Of a DNA stretch of 32,476 nt, positions 1 to 9,959 are shown piece by piece. Origin of the DNA: Lactobacillus sp. (GTDB taxonomy: Bacteria > Bacillota > Bacilli > Lactobacillales > Lactobacillaceae); assembly GCA_014803905.1 (NCBI GenBank), contig JAAVAW010000023.1, positions 16,584 through 49,059 on the forward strand, written 5' to 3'. The position numbers and the translations under genes were made by a program. The notes under the pieces are model-generated. The model saw only the letters and a program-made list of their open reading frames with translations, was not told the DNA's origin and did no database searches. How positions within the stretch are numbered: the first letter of the stretch is position 1; each line of letters opens with the position of its first letter.

Positions 1-687
1 GCAAAAGTTGTTCATGGAAAGATTCATAATGTCCACACTTCTGGTCATGCGGGACAAGAAGAACAAAAAATGTTAGTTGAATTAATGAAACCTAAGTTTT
101 TTGTTCCAGTTCACGGTGAATATAGAATGCAAGTGGTTCATACACAGACAGCACAAGAAACTGGAATGCCTGCTGATCATACTTTTGTCTTAAAGAATGG
201 TGATGTTTTAGCTTTAACCAAAGACTCTTCAAGACTTGCAGGACACATTAATATTCCAGATGTCTATGTTGATACTTCTGGATCTGATGATGTTGGCAAC
301 ATTGTCGTACGTGATCGACAAATTTTAGCTGAGGAAGGTTTAGTTGTTGTTGTTGCAACAGTTGATTATGAACATCAACGCGTCTTAGCTGGACCTGATA
401 TTCTCAGCCGGGGATTTGTTTATATGCGAGAATCGACTGATTTGATCAGTGCAGCACAAAAGCATGTTTACCACATCCTAAGAGAAGAAATGGCAAAGAA
501 ACCAAGACTTGATGATCGTGAAATTAAAAAAGAAATTATTCAAAATCTTCAAGATTTTCTTTACTCTAGAACAGAACGTCGACCAATGATCTTACCAATG
601 ATTATTGATAAGAACAAAGAGAGTAAACCTCATCAGTCATCAAAAAAATCTAAGCCTACAAATTCGGATAAAGAAAATAGTAATTAA
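1..687 (+). CDS. rnj: Ribonuclease J, C-terminal part (5' end outside window)
   Basis: Frame is open from base 1 (AKVVHGKIHNVHTSGHAGQEEQKMLVELMKPKFFVPVHGEYRM). HTSGH and PVHGE metallo-beta-lactamase/beta-CASP motifs, GPDILSRGFVYMRES, and C-terminal TERRPMILP. Confidence 0.95.
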   Translation, partial: AKVVHGKIHNVHTSGHAGQEEQKMLVELMKPKFFVPVHGEYRMQVVHTQTAQETGMPADHTFVLKNGDVLALTKDSSRLAGHINIPDVYVDTSGSDDVGNIVVRDRQILAEEGLVVVVATVDYEHQRVLAGPDILSRGFVYMRESTDLISAAQKHVYHILREEMAKKPRLDDREIKKEIIQNLQDFLYSRTERRPMILPMIIDKNKESKPHQSSKKSKPTNSDKENSN

Positions 688-716
688 AAAGAAACCCTAT
701 ATGGGTTTTTCTTTTT
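686..716 (+). terminator. Probable intrinsic terminator after rnj
   Basis: aaaaagaaaccc-tatat-gggtttttcttttt hairpin with T tract directly at the stop codon. Confidence 0.65.
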
Positions 717-735
717 GTAAAGATAGATAAATCAT

Positions 736-1662
736 ATGCCAAAGAAATTTTATTTATTAGTAAATCTGACCTCAGGAGCCAATAAAGGATCCTTTAACTA
801 TCATGAGATAACTAAAGAATTAGATAAACAAAAGCTTGACTATGAAACTATTATTTCAAAAAAGTCAGGATATTTAGTGGAAGCTAGCCGTCTACTAGCT
901 AATAGTTTAAAGAACACACCAAATAACATTATTATAGTGATTGGTGGAGATGGGTCTCTTAACCAAGTATTAAATGGGGTTAAGCAGTCAGATTATCCAG
1001 AGACACCCATTGCTTATTTACCATCCGGCACTGGTGATGATTTTGCCCGTGCTCTTGATTTAAAATATTCTGTTAAGGAATTTATAAATAAACTTAATAC
1101 AAAACCAACTATTGAAAAAATTGATTGCGGCTATTTCATTGATCAAAATAGTCATAAAAAAGGCTATTTTGTTAATAATTTAGGAATTGGATTTGATGCT
1201 TACGTGGTAGCAGAAACTAATAATTCCAACTTAAAAAAACGCCTTGGTCATTTTTCCTACGGTATAAATGTTTTTAAAGCACTTTTTAATCAAAATACAT
1301 TCAAAGTTACTATAAAAGAAAATGATAAAATTCATTATTTTGATGATGCATTTTTAGTTACTACTACTAACCATCCCTATTTCGGTGGTGGTGTTCCAAT
1401 TCTGCCTAAGGCCAAGCCCACTAGTCATTTATTAGATGTAGTTGTTGTTGAAAGGCCTTCTATTTTTAAGTTTATCTATCTTTTTAGTAAATTATTATTT
1501 GGTAAAAAGCAATTAAAAGACTCCCACTATCATTATTATGGTGCTAAAGAACTGGAAGTCATTACTAGAGATTTGGAATATGGCCAATTAGACGGTGAAG
1601 AACTAGGAAGTAGAAACTTCGATTTACTTTTTCAAGTTCAAAGTTTTAACTTATTAAACTAA
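736..1662 (+). CDS. Diacylglycerol kinase family lipid kinase (YegS/DgkB-like)
   Basis: N-terminal N-x-x-SG, GGDGS, PSGTG(D)DFAR, FVNNLGIGFDA, YFGGG and QLDGE motifs. Confidence 0.9.
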   Translation: MPKKFYLLVNLTSGANKGSFNYHEITKELDKQKLDYETIISKKSGYLVEASRLLANSLKNTPNNIIIVIGGDGSLNQVLNGVKQSDYPETPIAYLPSGTGDDFARALDLKYSVKEFINKLNTKPTIEKIDCGYFIDQNSHKKGYFVNNLGIGFDAYVVAETNNSNLKKRLGHFSYGINVFKALFNQNTFKVTIKENDKIHYFDDAFLVTTTNHPYFGGGVPILPKAKPTSHLLDVVVVERPSIFKFIYLFSKLLFGKKQLKDSHYHYYGAKELEVITRDLEYGQLDGEELGSRNFDLLFQVQSFNLLN

Positions 1663-1694
1663 AAGAGGATTCATTAATTAATGAATCCTCTTTT
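1661..1694. terminator. Bidirectional terminator between convergent DAGK and recD2 (perfect 34-bp palindrome)
   Basis: aaaagaggattcattaa|ttaatgaatcctctttt spans the gap between the two stop codons. Confidence 0.85.
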
Positions 1695-4135
1695 TAGTTA
1701 CTCTTTGGCCTTATATTTTCCATTCCAATCATGGGATCTATTTTTCCGGAATAAATTAGTTCAGGAGTAAGTATATATTCTTTTGATTCTTCCTCTTCTT
1801 GCTGTTCTTGACCTACATCTAAGGCTAACTCAGTCTGCTTGCTCTCACTCGTTTTTAAAGTATTTTCAGTTGATACTTCTTCTTCATTCTTTTCCTTTAT
1901 ACTTTGCTTAAATGGTTTAATATTTAACGCAAATTGAATTTTTGGAGCCAAATTAGTCTGGCGATTGTTACCAGGTGTTCTCAAGGCCATCTCATAGGCC
2001 CTTTTTTCACCTACCATTACTAAATTTTGTTCTGCACGCGTAATTGCAGTGTAAAGAAAATTCCTTCTTAGCATCATATAATTTTGCATAGTCAAGTTTA
2101 AGATAACTAAAGGAAATTCAGAACCTTGAGACTTATGAACTGTTATAGCATAGGCACGAGTAATATCTGACAAATCTTTTAAAGCAAATTTAACTTCTCG
2201 TCCATCAAAATCAGCAATTAAACATTCATTGTTATTATCTTCATTAATACCAATGATTCTCCCAATTTGACCATTGAAAATATCTTTTTCAGGATTATTT
2301 TGAAGTTGAAGAATTCGATCTCCAATATAAAAGACCTCATTATGAGCTCTCAATTCTTTACGTTTAGATTGATCCACTTTAGGAGGATTAATTATCTTTT
2401 GAATTAAATCATTTAAGTTATTAATTCCTCCTACACCATTGTACATGGCTCCTAACACTTGAATATCATCTTTCTTAAATCCACGTTTTAAAGCAAAATT
2501 AACAATTTGTTCAATTGCAGGACCAACCAAATTAGGTTGACATTCTATAAAAGAGTAATTATTTGTTTTATTAAAAATAATACTTTCAGCTTCAGTTTCA
2601 TCTTCATTAATGGCATGTGCCAATTTTATAATTGATGAATCTTCACCTTGACGATGAATAGTAGTTAAACGTGTAGTGGGAAAGGCATTAGAAACAATTA
2701 AATCATGATATACATTCCCTGCTCCAACAGAAGGTAGTTGATTTTGATCTCCAACAAATACAATATGCTTAGTTGCATCAATACCTTTGACTAAAAGTCG
2801 AAAAAGGAACATATCAATCATCGACATTTCATCTACAATTAAAATATCACCATTTAGCTCGTTTAATTCAGTATCTTCATTTTCACCAATTCCTAAACCA
2901 AGTAATCGGTGAACTGTTTTTGCTGTAATGCCAGTTATTTCACTCATTCTTTTAGCTGCTCTTCCCGTCGGAGCGGCCAAAAGAATTGGTGGATCATCGC
3001 TATAAATTGACGTAGCAGGAATATTTTCTAATTCTTGTAGACACAAAATTATTCCATTTATAATGGTCGTTTTTCCTGTACCAGGACCACCAGTTAAAAT
3101 AGTTATGGGATTATTGACAGCATTTTTAATAGCTAATTTTTGTGTATCATCATATTTAATTTTTAAAGACTTTTCAGCATTTTTGATAGCTATTTCAATT
3201 TCGTCATCAGTAAATTTTGTAGTTTTTGGACGTGTATTTATTATTCTCTTAAGTTCTTGAGCAATATCTTGTTCAACCTGATAAATACGTTGCAAGGCTG
3301 CATTTTCACCATCAACAATAATTTTCCCTTGTTTTTGTAATTCATTAACTGCTGTTGCGATTGGATCATATTCATTAATTGAAAGTAATTCACCTGCTTG
3401 CGTTAAAAGTTCAGCTAATTTTACAAAGGTATCTCCCTCTTGGATTAAGGCATTTTGTAAAATTTGAAATACTGCTCCCTTTATTCTGCGGCTATCATAC
3501 GGTTCAATTCCTAAACCTTCACCAATTTCGTCAGCAGTTTTAAACCCATAACCTCTAATCTCACCAATTAGGTTATAAGGATCTTCTTTAATCTTTTCTA
3601 GGGCTTCTCCATGAAAAGTTTTATAAATAGCCGTAGCAACGTTTTTTTTAATTCCAAATTTAGCCAGTTTTAGTACTACTTCTGAAAGAGAATCCATTTG
3701 ACTGATTCCAGATAATAAACTATCTTTTTGTTTATTGGTTAGGTCTAAATTATCAATTTGATGTGGATTTTCTTTTAAAGCATCCAAAGCATCAGGTCCT
3801 AAATCCGCCACTATTTTCTCAGCAGTCTTTTTACCAATTCCTGGAAATTTATCTGAACTTAAATACTTAGTTAAACTTTCCTCTTCATGAGGTAAAAGCT
3901 GTTCGTATCTAGTAGCCTTAAATTGTGGTCCAAATTTAGGATGAATAACTAAATTTCCCACAAATTTATAAGAACTACCAAATTGTAAATCACCAAAATT
4001 TCCTGTAACTCTAATATTTTCACGATCATAATCCGGCAATTTATTAATTAAATCAACATCAATAATTTTAAAAAGATCTTGGTCATTTTCAAAGACAATA
4101 CTATTAACTTTGCCAATTAACTCAATTTGATTCAT
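1694..4135 (-). CDS. recD2: ATP-dependent RecD-like DNA helicase RecD2 (YrrC type)
   Basis: N-terminal OB-like domain (HPKFGPQF), HhH motifs (PGIGKKTA; GYGFKTAD), Walker A GGPGTGKTT, DEMSM, VGDQNQLPSVG, AITVHKSQGSEF, LYTAITRA. Confidence 0.95.
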   Translation of the reverse strand: MNQIELIGKVNSIVFENDQDLFKIIDVDLINKLPDYDRENIRVTGNFGDLQFGSSYKFVGNLVIHPKFGPQFKATRYEQLLPHEEESLTKYLSSDKFPGIGKKTAEKIVADLGPDALDALKENPHQIDNLDLTNKQKDSLLSGISQMDSLSEVVLKLAKFGIKKNVATAIYKTFHGEALEKIKEDPYNLIGEIRGYGFKTADEIGEGLGIEPYDSRRIKGAVFQILQNALIQEGDTFVKLAELLTQAGELLSINEYDPIATAVNELQKQGKIIVDGENAALQRIYQVEQDIAQELKRIINTRPKTTKFTDDEIEIAIKNAEKSLKIKYDDTQKLAIKNAVNNPITILTGGPGTGKTTIINGIILCLQELENIPATSIYSDDPPILLAAPTGRAAKRMSEITGITAKTVHRLLGLGIGENEDTELNELNGDILIVDEMSMIDMFLFRLLVKGIDATKHIVFVGDQNQLPSVGAGNVYHDLIVSNAFPTTRLTTIHRQGEDSSIIKLAHAINEDETEAESIIFNKTNNYSFIECQPNLVGPAIEQIVNFALKRGFKKDDIQVLGAMYNGVGGINNLNDLIQKIINPPKVDQSKRKELRAHNEVFYIGDRILQLQNNPEKDIFNGQIGRIIGINEDNNNECLIADFDGREVKFALKDLSDITRAYAITVHKSQGSEFPLVILNLTMQNYMMLRRNFLYTAITRAEQNLVMVGEKRAYEMALRTPGNNRQTNLAPKIQFALNIKPFKQSIKEKNEEEVSTENTLKTSESKQTELALDVGQEQQEEEESKEYILTPELIYSGKIDPMIGMENIRPKSN

Positions 4136-4766
4136 CTTTTCCTCTTAGCATCTTCGCAATAGCAGCATATTGAGACTGCGCTTGTTTAAAATAGGCTGGA
4201 TCTAATTCTTTTGATCGGTCAAAATATTTTTGAGCTTTATCACGATCCTGATCAAAAATAGTTAAACCCAATAAAAAATTAACTTTAGCACTTCTTTTTG
4301 AGGGAGCAATTTTTTCGAATTGCTGCTTTGCCGTACTTAAATCACCTAAACTTAGCCAAATATCCCCTAATAACTCAAGAGTACGTTCATCCATTTTCTT
4401 AATCGTTAAGGCGTATGCCAACGCCTTTTGATATTGGCCTAATTTCATGAAGATTAAAGCTTTTTGATATAAAGTTTCATCATCATTAGGTAAGGTATTA
4501 ATTAAACTAAGCGCCTTTTCAAACTCACCCTGCATGTAATAACAAATAGCAATATTATAATTCAATTCTTCAGGTTTATTTACTAATCCTTGCGCTTTTT
4601 GTAGTAATTCTAATGCTTGATCAATTGAATTTTCTTCAATTAGATAGGTTGATAATTGAAGATAATTATTAATATCTTTTGGATCCTGGTCAATTTTTTC
4701 AATTAATAAATGAATTGCTTTATCTTTTTTATCAGCATTAAATAAATTATCTATTTCTTTATCCAT
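4122..4766 (-). CDS. Tetratricopeptide repeat protein (YrrB-like)
   Basis: Repeated TPR helices (YNIAICYYMQGEFEKAL; YQKALIFMKLGQYQKAL; LLGDIWLSLGDLSTAK). Overlaps the recD2 start by 14 nt, matching the yrrB-yrrC pairing. Confidence 0.85.
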   Translation of the reverse strand: MDKEIDNLFNADKKDKAIHLLIEKIDQDPKDINNYLQLSTYLIEENSIDQALELLQKAQGLVNKPEELNYNIAICYYMQGEFEKALSLINTLPNDDETLYQKALIFMKLGQYQKALAYALTIKKMDERTLELLGDIWLSLGDLSTAKQQFEKIAPSKRSAKVNFLLGLTIFDQDRDKAQKYFDRSKELDPAYFKQAQSQYAAIAKMLRGKDESN

Positions 4767-5432
4767 TTAAATAGTATCCCTACTTGTAATTTTTCGATTC
4801 AAGTATGAAGTTTCATTCCAAACTTTCTCTTGGAAGCTCTTTCCCTGATCATCAGTTTCTAAAACCGTTAAACTAGTATTAGTTAAACCACCACGTTTTC
4901 TAATATCTGGAATGGCATAACCTTCAAGTGTTCTTGTTAGTGCACATAAAGCCGCACCATGACTAACTAAAAGCACATTATCATCTTCATTAGGATATTT
5001 TTTTACAATATCAGCAATTAAATCTTTTCCCCGAGCAATCATATGTTCAAATGTTTCGCCATGAAAAGCACTTGGATCATAAAATTCAGGTTCGTATCTA
5101 AAGGCCTTAATTTGATCTGGATACTTAGCCTCAGCATCAACAAATTTCATTCCCTCTAGATCGCCTAAATTGAACTCTTTTAAGCGTTTATCAGTAATTA
5201 CAGGTACACTAATCCCCATATCATTTCTAAGCATTACGGCTGTTGTTACGGCTCTTTGTAAGGGGCTTGCATAAAAGGCTTTAAATTGTACCTTGTTTTT
5301 TCTTAAGTAATTGGCCAATTTTTGGATATCAACGTAGCTACTTGGTAATAAAGGGGAATTTCCACTCCCGCCTTGATAACGACCTTCTAAATTCCATTGC
5401 GTTTTTCCATGTCTAACAAAATATAACTTCAT
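4767..5432 (-). CDS. Histidine phosphatase family protein (phosphoglycerate mutase-like)
   Basis: N-terminal VRHGKTQWN, SPLQRA, E-FNLG and VSHG motifs. SD GGGAG upstream. Confidence 0.9.
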   Translation of the reverse strand: MKLYFVRHGKTQWNLEGRYQGGSGNSPLLPSSYVDIQKLANYLRKNKVQFKAFYASPLQRAVTTAVMLRNDMGISVPVITDKRLKEFNLGDLEGMKFVDAEAKYPDQIKAFRYEPEFYDPSAFHGETFEHMIARGKDLIADIVKKYPNEDDNVLLVSHGAALCALTRTLEGYAIPDIRKRGGLTNTSLTVLETDDQGKSFQEKVWNETSYLNRKITSRDTI

Positions 5433-5491
5433 ATCAATTTAATCTCCCATCATTATACTAATAATTATAATGATTTAGGGTCAACATTTAC

Positions 5492-5533
5492 AGTACAAAA
5501 AAGACGCCACACAATTGGCGTCTTTTTTGTACT
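5492..5533 (-). terminator. Intrinsic terminator after mnmA
   Basis: 18-bp inverted repeat agtacaaaaaagacgcca / tggcgtcttttttgtact. Confidence 0.9.
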
Positions 5534-5534
5534 T

Positions 5535-6662
<1,128 letters not shown>

Positions 6663-6682
6663 TTAAATCCTTCTCCTTTAAA

Positions 6683-7018
6683 TTAGGCCAATTTAATAAT
6701 TTGATGGTCTTCGAGATCCTTTAAAGTATAATTTAGCAATTTCACCATTTCTGCTAACTGCTCACTTTTGAAAATGTTTACCTTTTGGAGGCCATTACGA
6801 TCAGTTATTACCATCGTAAGGTGATCCATATTTTCGTTAATAGTAATTTTTAACTTACAAGTTGCATTATAAGGTGAATCATTATAGAGTGGTCGGTCAT
6901 AAACAAAATTTCCGCGTTTGGTTTGTTTAAAGCCGACATCAATTAAAGCATAACGTTTTACATCCGGATCTATTGTATATTTACGAGTATCACCATTAAT
7001 TATTACTGTATTTGCCAT
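6683..7018 (-). CDS. DUF1831-like protein of unknown function
   Basis: 111 aa with a VKRYAL.DVGF..TKRGNF...R.L and LKITIN pattern, which I recognise as DUF1831 of lactic acid bacteria. It neighbours iscS. Confidence 0.7.
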   Translation of the reverse strand: MANTVIINGDTRKYTIDPDVKRYALIDVGFKQTKRGNFVYDRPLYNDSPYNATCKLKITINENMDHLTMVITDRNGLQKVNIFKSEQLAEMVKLLNYTLKDLEDHQIIKLA

Positions 7019-7039
7019 TTATATCATTTCTCTCTTCAT

Positions 7040-7067
7040 ATTTTAGCTTACTTTTAATAAGTGTCAA
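7040..7067 (-). promoter_or_regulatory. Sigma-70 promoter for DUF1831-mnmA
   Basis: Minus strand TTGACA-16 nt-TAAAAT, about 20 nt upstream of the DUF1831 ATG. Confidence 0.7.
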
Positions 7068-7097
7068 GCATATTTAATTCTTTTCTTAATTATACAA

Positions 7098-7139
7098 AAA
7101 ATAAGTCTCCTAAAACATCAAATCTAGAAGACTTATTTT
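7098..7139 (-). terminator. Probable terminator after iscS
   Basis: aaaataagtct ... agacttatttt inverted repeat, with a T tract on the minus strand. Confidence 0.6.
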
Positions 7140-7142
7140 CAA

Positions 7143-8294
7143 TTATTTACTTAAACGCTCACACATTTTTACAAGTGCCTTACTAAATTCCTCTACTTCC
7201 GTTTCAGTAGTAAAACGCCCAAATGAAACTCTAATTGATTCCGCAATTCGTGGTGAATCTTCCCCATACATAGCAATTAATACATGAGATGGGGTAAGAG
7301 ACCCCGCAGTACATGCAGATCCACCAGACACAGCGAAACCGGCTAAATCAAGATTAGTTAAGGTAGAGTAAGTATTAACACCTTTTAACCAGAGATTAAG
7401 TACATGATGAGAAACAGCTCCAGTTACAGAACCATTAATTTCATAATTTATCTTTGCAGCATCCAAATTATTTAGAATAATTTGTTGAAGCCGGGTGTAT
7501 TTTTCTTGCAATGCCTTCTTATCAATTTTATTTTCTTCGGCAACAGCTACCCCAAATCCAGCAATAGCTGGAACATTTTCCGTACCAGGACGACGCTTCT
7601 TTTCTTGTTCTCCGCCTAATAAAAGGTTAGCCACATCTATACCATCGCGTTCATAAAGAAAGCCTAAAAACTTAGGTCCATTAATTTTATGAGCAGAAGT
7701 AGATAAAAGATCAATATGCATTTTTTCAACATCGACCTCAATATTGCCATATCCTTGCACATCATCAACATGAAAATAAGCATTTGTTGGTGCAACTAAA
7801 GCACCTATTTCTTCTAAGGGCATGATTGAACCAACTTCGTTATTAACGGCCATAATCGATACTAGAATTGTGTCAGGAGTAAGTTCTCTTTTTAATTGTT
7901 CTAAAGAAATATGACCACTTTCATCTACATCTAAGTAAACTACCTCATATCCTTCACTTTCAAGTCTTTTCATTGGATTCAGGACAGAGGGGTGTTCAAT
8001 TTTTGTGGTAATAATTTTTTTACCTAAATCACTTCGAGTACGTACTGTACCAAAAATAGCCGTATTATTACTTTCAGAACCGCCTGAAGTAAAAATAATA
8101 TTATCTGGCTTTGCGTTGATGGATTGTGCTAATGTATCACGCGCATGATCAACCGCTTCTCTAGCCTTACGACCAAAAGCATGTTGACTTGATGCATTGC
8201 CAAAATCGTTAGCCATTTCTTTACTAATTACCTCAACTACTTTTTCATCCATTGGAGTAGTTGCTGCATTATCTAAATAAATATTCTTAGTCAA
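7143..8294 (-). CDS. iscS: Cysteine desulfurase (IscS/NifS family, YrvO-like), TTG start
   Basis: IYLDNAATT, FTSGGSESNN, SAHKINGPK (PLP lysine), RPGTEN, SGGSAC (catalytic Cys). Confidence 0.93.
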   Translation of the reverse strand: MTKNIYLDNAATTPMDEKVVEVISKEMANDFGNASSQHAFGRKAREAVDHARDTLAQSINAKPDNIIFTSGGSESNNTAIFGTVRTRSDLGKKIITTKIEHPSVLNPMKRLESEGYEVVYLDVDESGHISLEQLKRELTPDTILVSIMAVNNEVGSIMPLEEIGALVAPTNAYFHVDDVQGYGNIEVDVEKMHIDLLSTSAHKINGPKFLGFLYERDGIDVANLLLGGEQEKKRRPGTENVPAIAGFGVAVAEENKIDKKALQEKYTRLQQIILNNLDAAKINYEINGSVTGAVSHHVLNLWLKGVNTYSTLTNLDLAGFAVSGGSACTAGSLTPSHVLIAMYGEDSPRIAESIRVSFGRFTTETEVEEFSKALVKMCERLSK

Positions 8295-8333
8295 CGTTCT
8301 TCTTTCTTTCTTTTTGTAAGTAAGTGCTTAATA

Positions 8334-9035
8334 TTAATTTAACACTTCTTTTTCTAAATAGGAAGAAATAATAGTGGCTGCCTTTTTACCTACTTCTTTA
8401 ACAAAAGTATCAAAATCTTCATCTGCACCTTCATCTCCATTATCGGAAATTGCTCGTAATGCAACTAAAGGCACATTAAATTTACTTGCTACTTGTGCAA
8501 AAGCAGCACCTTCCATTTCTACTCCAAGGGCATCGGGAAAATTCTTTTTAATCTCTTCTTTTTGTTCATTAGAAGCAATAAAACTATCACCAGTAACAAT
8601 TAATCCCTCTTTGAAGTCAATATTATTTTCTTTCAAATAATTTAAAAACTTTTGTCTTGCATCACTATTAAGTTTAAATTGAGCTGGTTCTTGAGGAATT
8701 TGTCCCTCAACGTAATTTCCAGCGCGGGTATTATGGGCATCATGATAAGTGAATACATTAGGTAAAATCAAATCTTTTTGATGAATATTATTTTGCATAG
8801 AACCAGCAGAACCAGTCATAAAAATTAAATCAATATCCTCATTAGATAATAAAGCAGTTAAATTCATAGCTGCATTAACCTTACCAATTCCACTTAAACC
8901 AATATAAACATCATTTCCATTAACAGAAAAATGTTCGAATTTTGTAGATCCGAACATTTTTTTGTTATTAGAATGGAAATGTTGTCCGTAATATTCGGCT
9001 TCTTCAGCCATTGGTACAATAATTGCGACTTTCAT
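8334..9035 (-). CDS. mtnN: 5'-methylthioadenosine/S-adenosylhomocysteine nucleosidase
   Basis: MAEE, SGIGKVNAA, TGSAG, TGDSFI, EMEGAA and RAISD motifs. Confidence 0.95.
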   Translation of the reverse strand: MKVAIIVPMAEEAEYYGQHFHSNNKKMFGSTKFEHFSVNGNDVYIGLSGIGKVNAAMNLTALLSNEDIDLIFMTGSAGSMQNNIHQKDLILPNVFTYHDAHNTRAGNYVEGQIPQEPAQFKLNSDARQKFLNYLKENNIDFKEGLIVTGDSFIASNEQKEEIKKNFPDALGVEMEGAAFAQVASKFNVPLVALRAISDNGDEGADEDFDTFVKEVGKKAATIISSYLEKEVLN

Positions 9036-9052
9036 TTCTATTCTCTTTTCTC

Positions 9053-9397
9053 TTATAAATTAAATAGTGCTACAAACACTAATATTAATAATAAAATCAC
9101 TATTAATATCGCAAGATTTAAACGCTTTTTTAATCGATTAACTTTATATTCACGTTCTTCCTTTGAAGTTATTTGCTTTTGCGTAGAGCGCCCCAAAGAA
9201 TTAATCCTCTCATGGTCCGCAGACTTGATATTATTATCCGTTCTTCTCTTTTCTTGCTGCGAACGTGTAAACTCTGGATTAACATTTAAATCTTCATTAT
9301 TATCTTCAATAACTTGATCTTTGGTAGCTCGGTTTAATAAACGTGATAAATTATCTTGTTTTTGTCGTTTGCGATATTGAGATCTTTTTTCAGTCAT
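9053..9397 (-). CDS. Single-pass membrane protein, MacP-like (cell wall synthase accessory protein)
   Basis: Charged, probably disordered N-terminus followed by RLKKRLN and a C-terminal TM helix (LAILIVILLLILVFVALF). Lies between nudF and mtnN, like streptococcal macP. Confidence 0.55.
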   Translation of the reverse strand: MTEKRSQYRKRQKQDNLSRLLNRATKDQVIEDNNEDLNVNPEFTRSQQEKRRTDNNIKSADHERINSLGRSTQKQITSKEEREYKVNRLKKRLNLAILIVILLLILVFVALFNL

Positions 9398-9959
9398 TAT
9401 TTTGTTGTCCAGTTAGCAACATATTTTCCCAAAACATAATTGCTGTAACAGTCTTCCCATCAACAATTTTGCCTTGTGCTATTAATTGCTTTAACTCATC
9501 CAAGCTATACCATTCTTGTGTTAAAAATTCATCTTCATCTAGTGGACGTTTATTTTTTTCGTCTAGCTTAGTCAAAGTATCACAATAAAATAAGTATAAC
9601 TTTTCATCACTAAAACCTGGTGAAGGATAAAATTCTGACACTTTTTCCCAGTATTCAGCCTTGTATCCTCCTTCTTCATTAAGCTCGCGTTTCATAGCAT
9701 CAAGAGGGGTGTTATCAGTTGGATCAATTAAGCCAGCCGGAATTTCCAAAGTAAGCTGCTTGATTGGTTCACGCCATTGTTTTACCAATAACATTTTCTT
9801 TTCACTGTTAATTGCAATTGCAGCACTTGCATTGGGATGTTTAACTACTTCGCGAGTAGCCGTTTTACCATTGGGCAAACTTACAGTTTCAACATTGAGA
9901 TCTATTAATTTTCCCTCAAATACGGAATTATTTGATATTTCGGTCTCAGTTAAATCCAT
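9390..9959 (-). CDS. nudF: ADP-ribose pyrophosphatase (Nudix)
   Basis: Nudix box G-x(6)-TPLDAMKRELNEEGGY, REVVKHP, LEIPAGLID, SPGFSDE, DEDEFL. Confidence 0.9.
   Translation of the reverse strand: MDLTETEISNNSVFEGKLIDLNVETVSLPNGKTATREVVKHPNASAAIAINSEKKMLLVKQWREPIKQLTLEIPAGLIDPTDNTPLDAMKRELNEEGGYKAEYWEKVSEFYPSPGFSDEKLYLFYCDTLTKLDEKNKRPLDEDEFLTQEWYSLDELKQLIAQGKIVDGKTVTAIMFWENMLLTGQQNND

Noticed and set aside
5450-5486. TTGACC and TATAAT elements upstream of the histidine phosphatase gene
   Set aside because: Spacings are 9 or 21 nt rather than 16-18. A promoter is likely here but I cannot define it.
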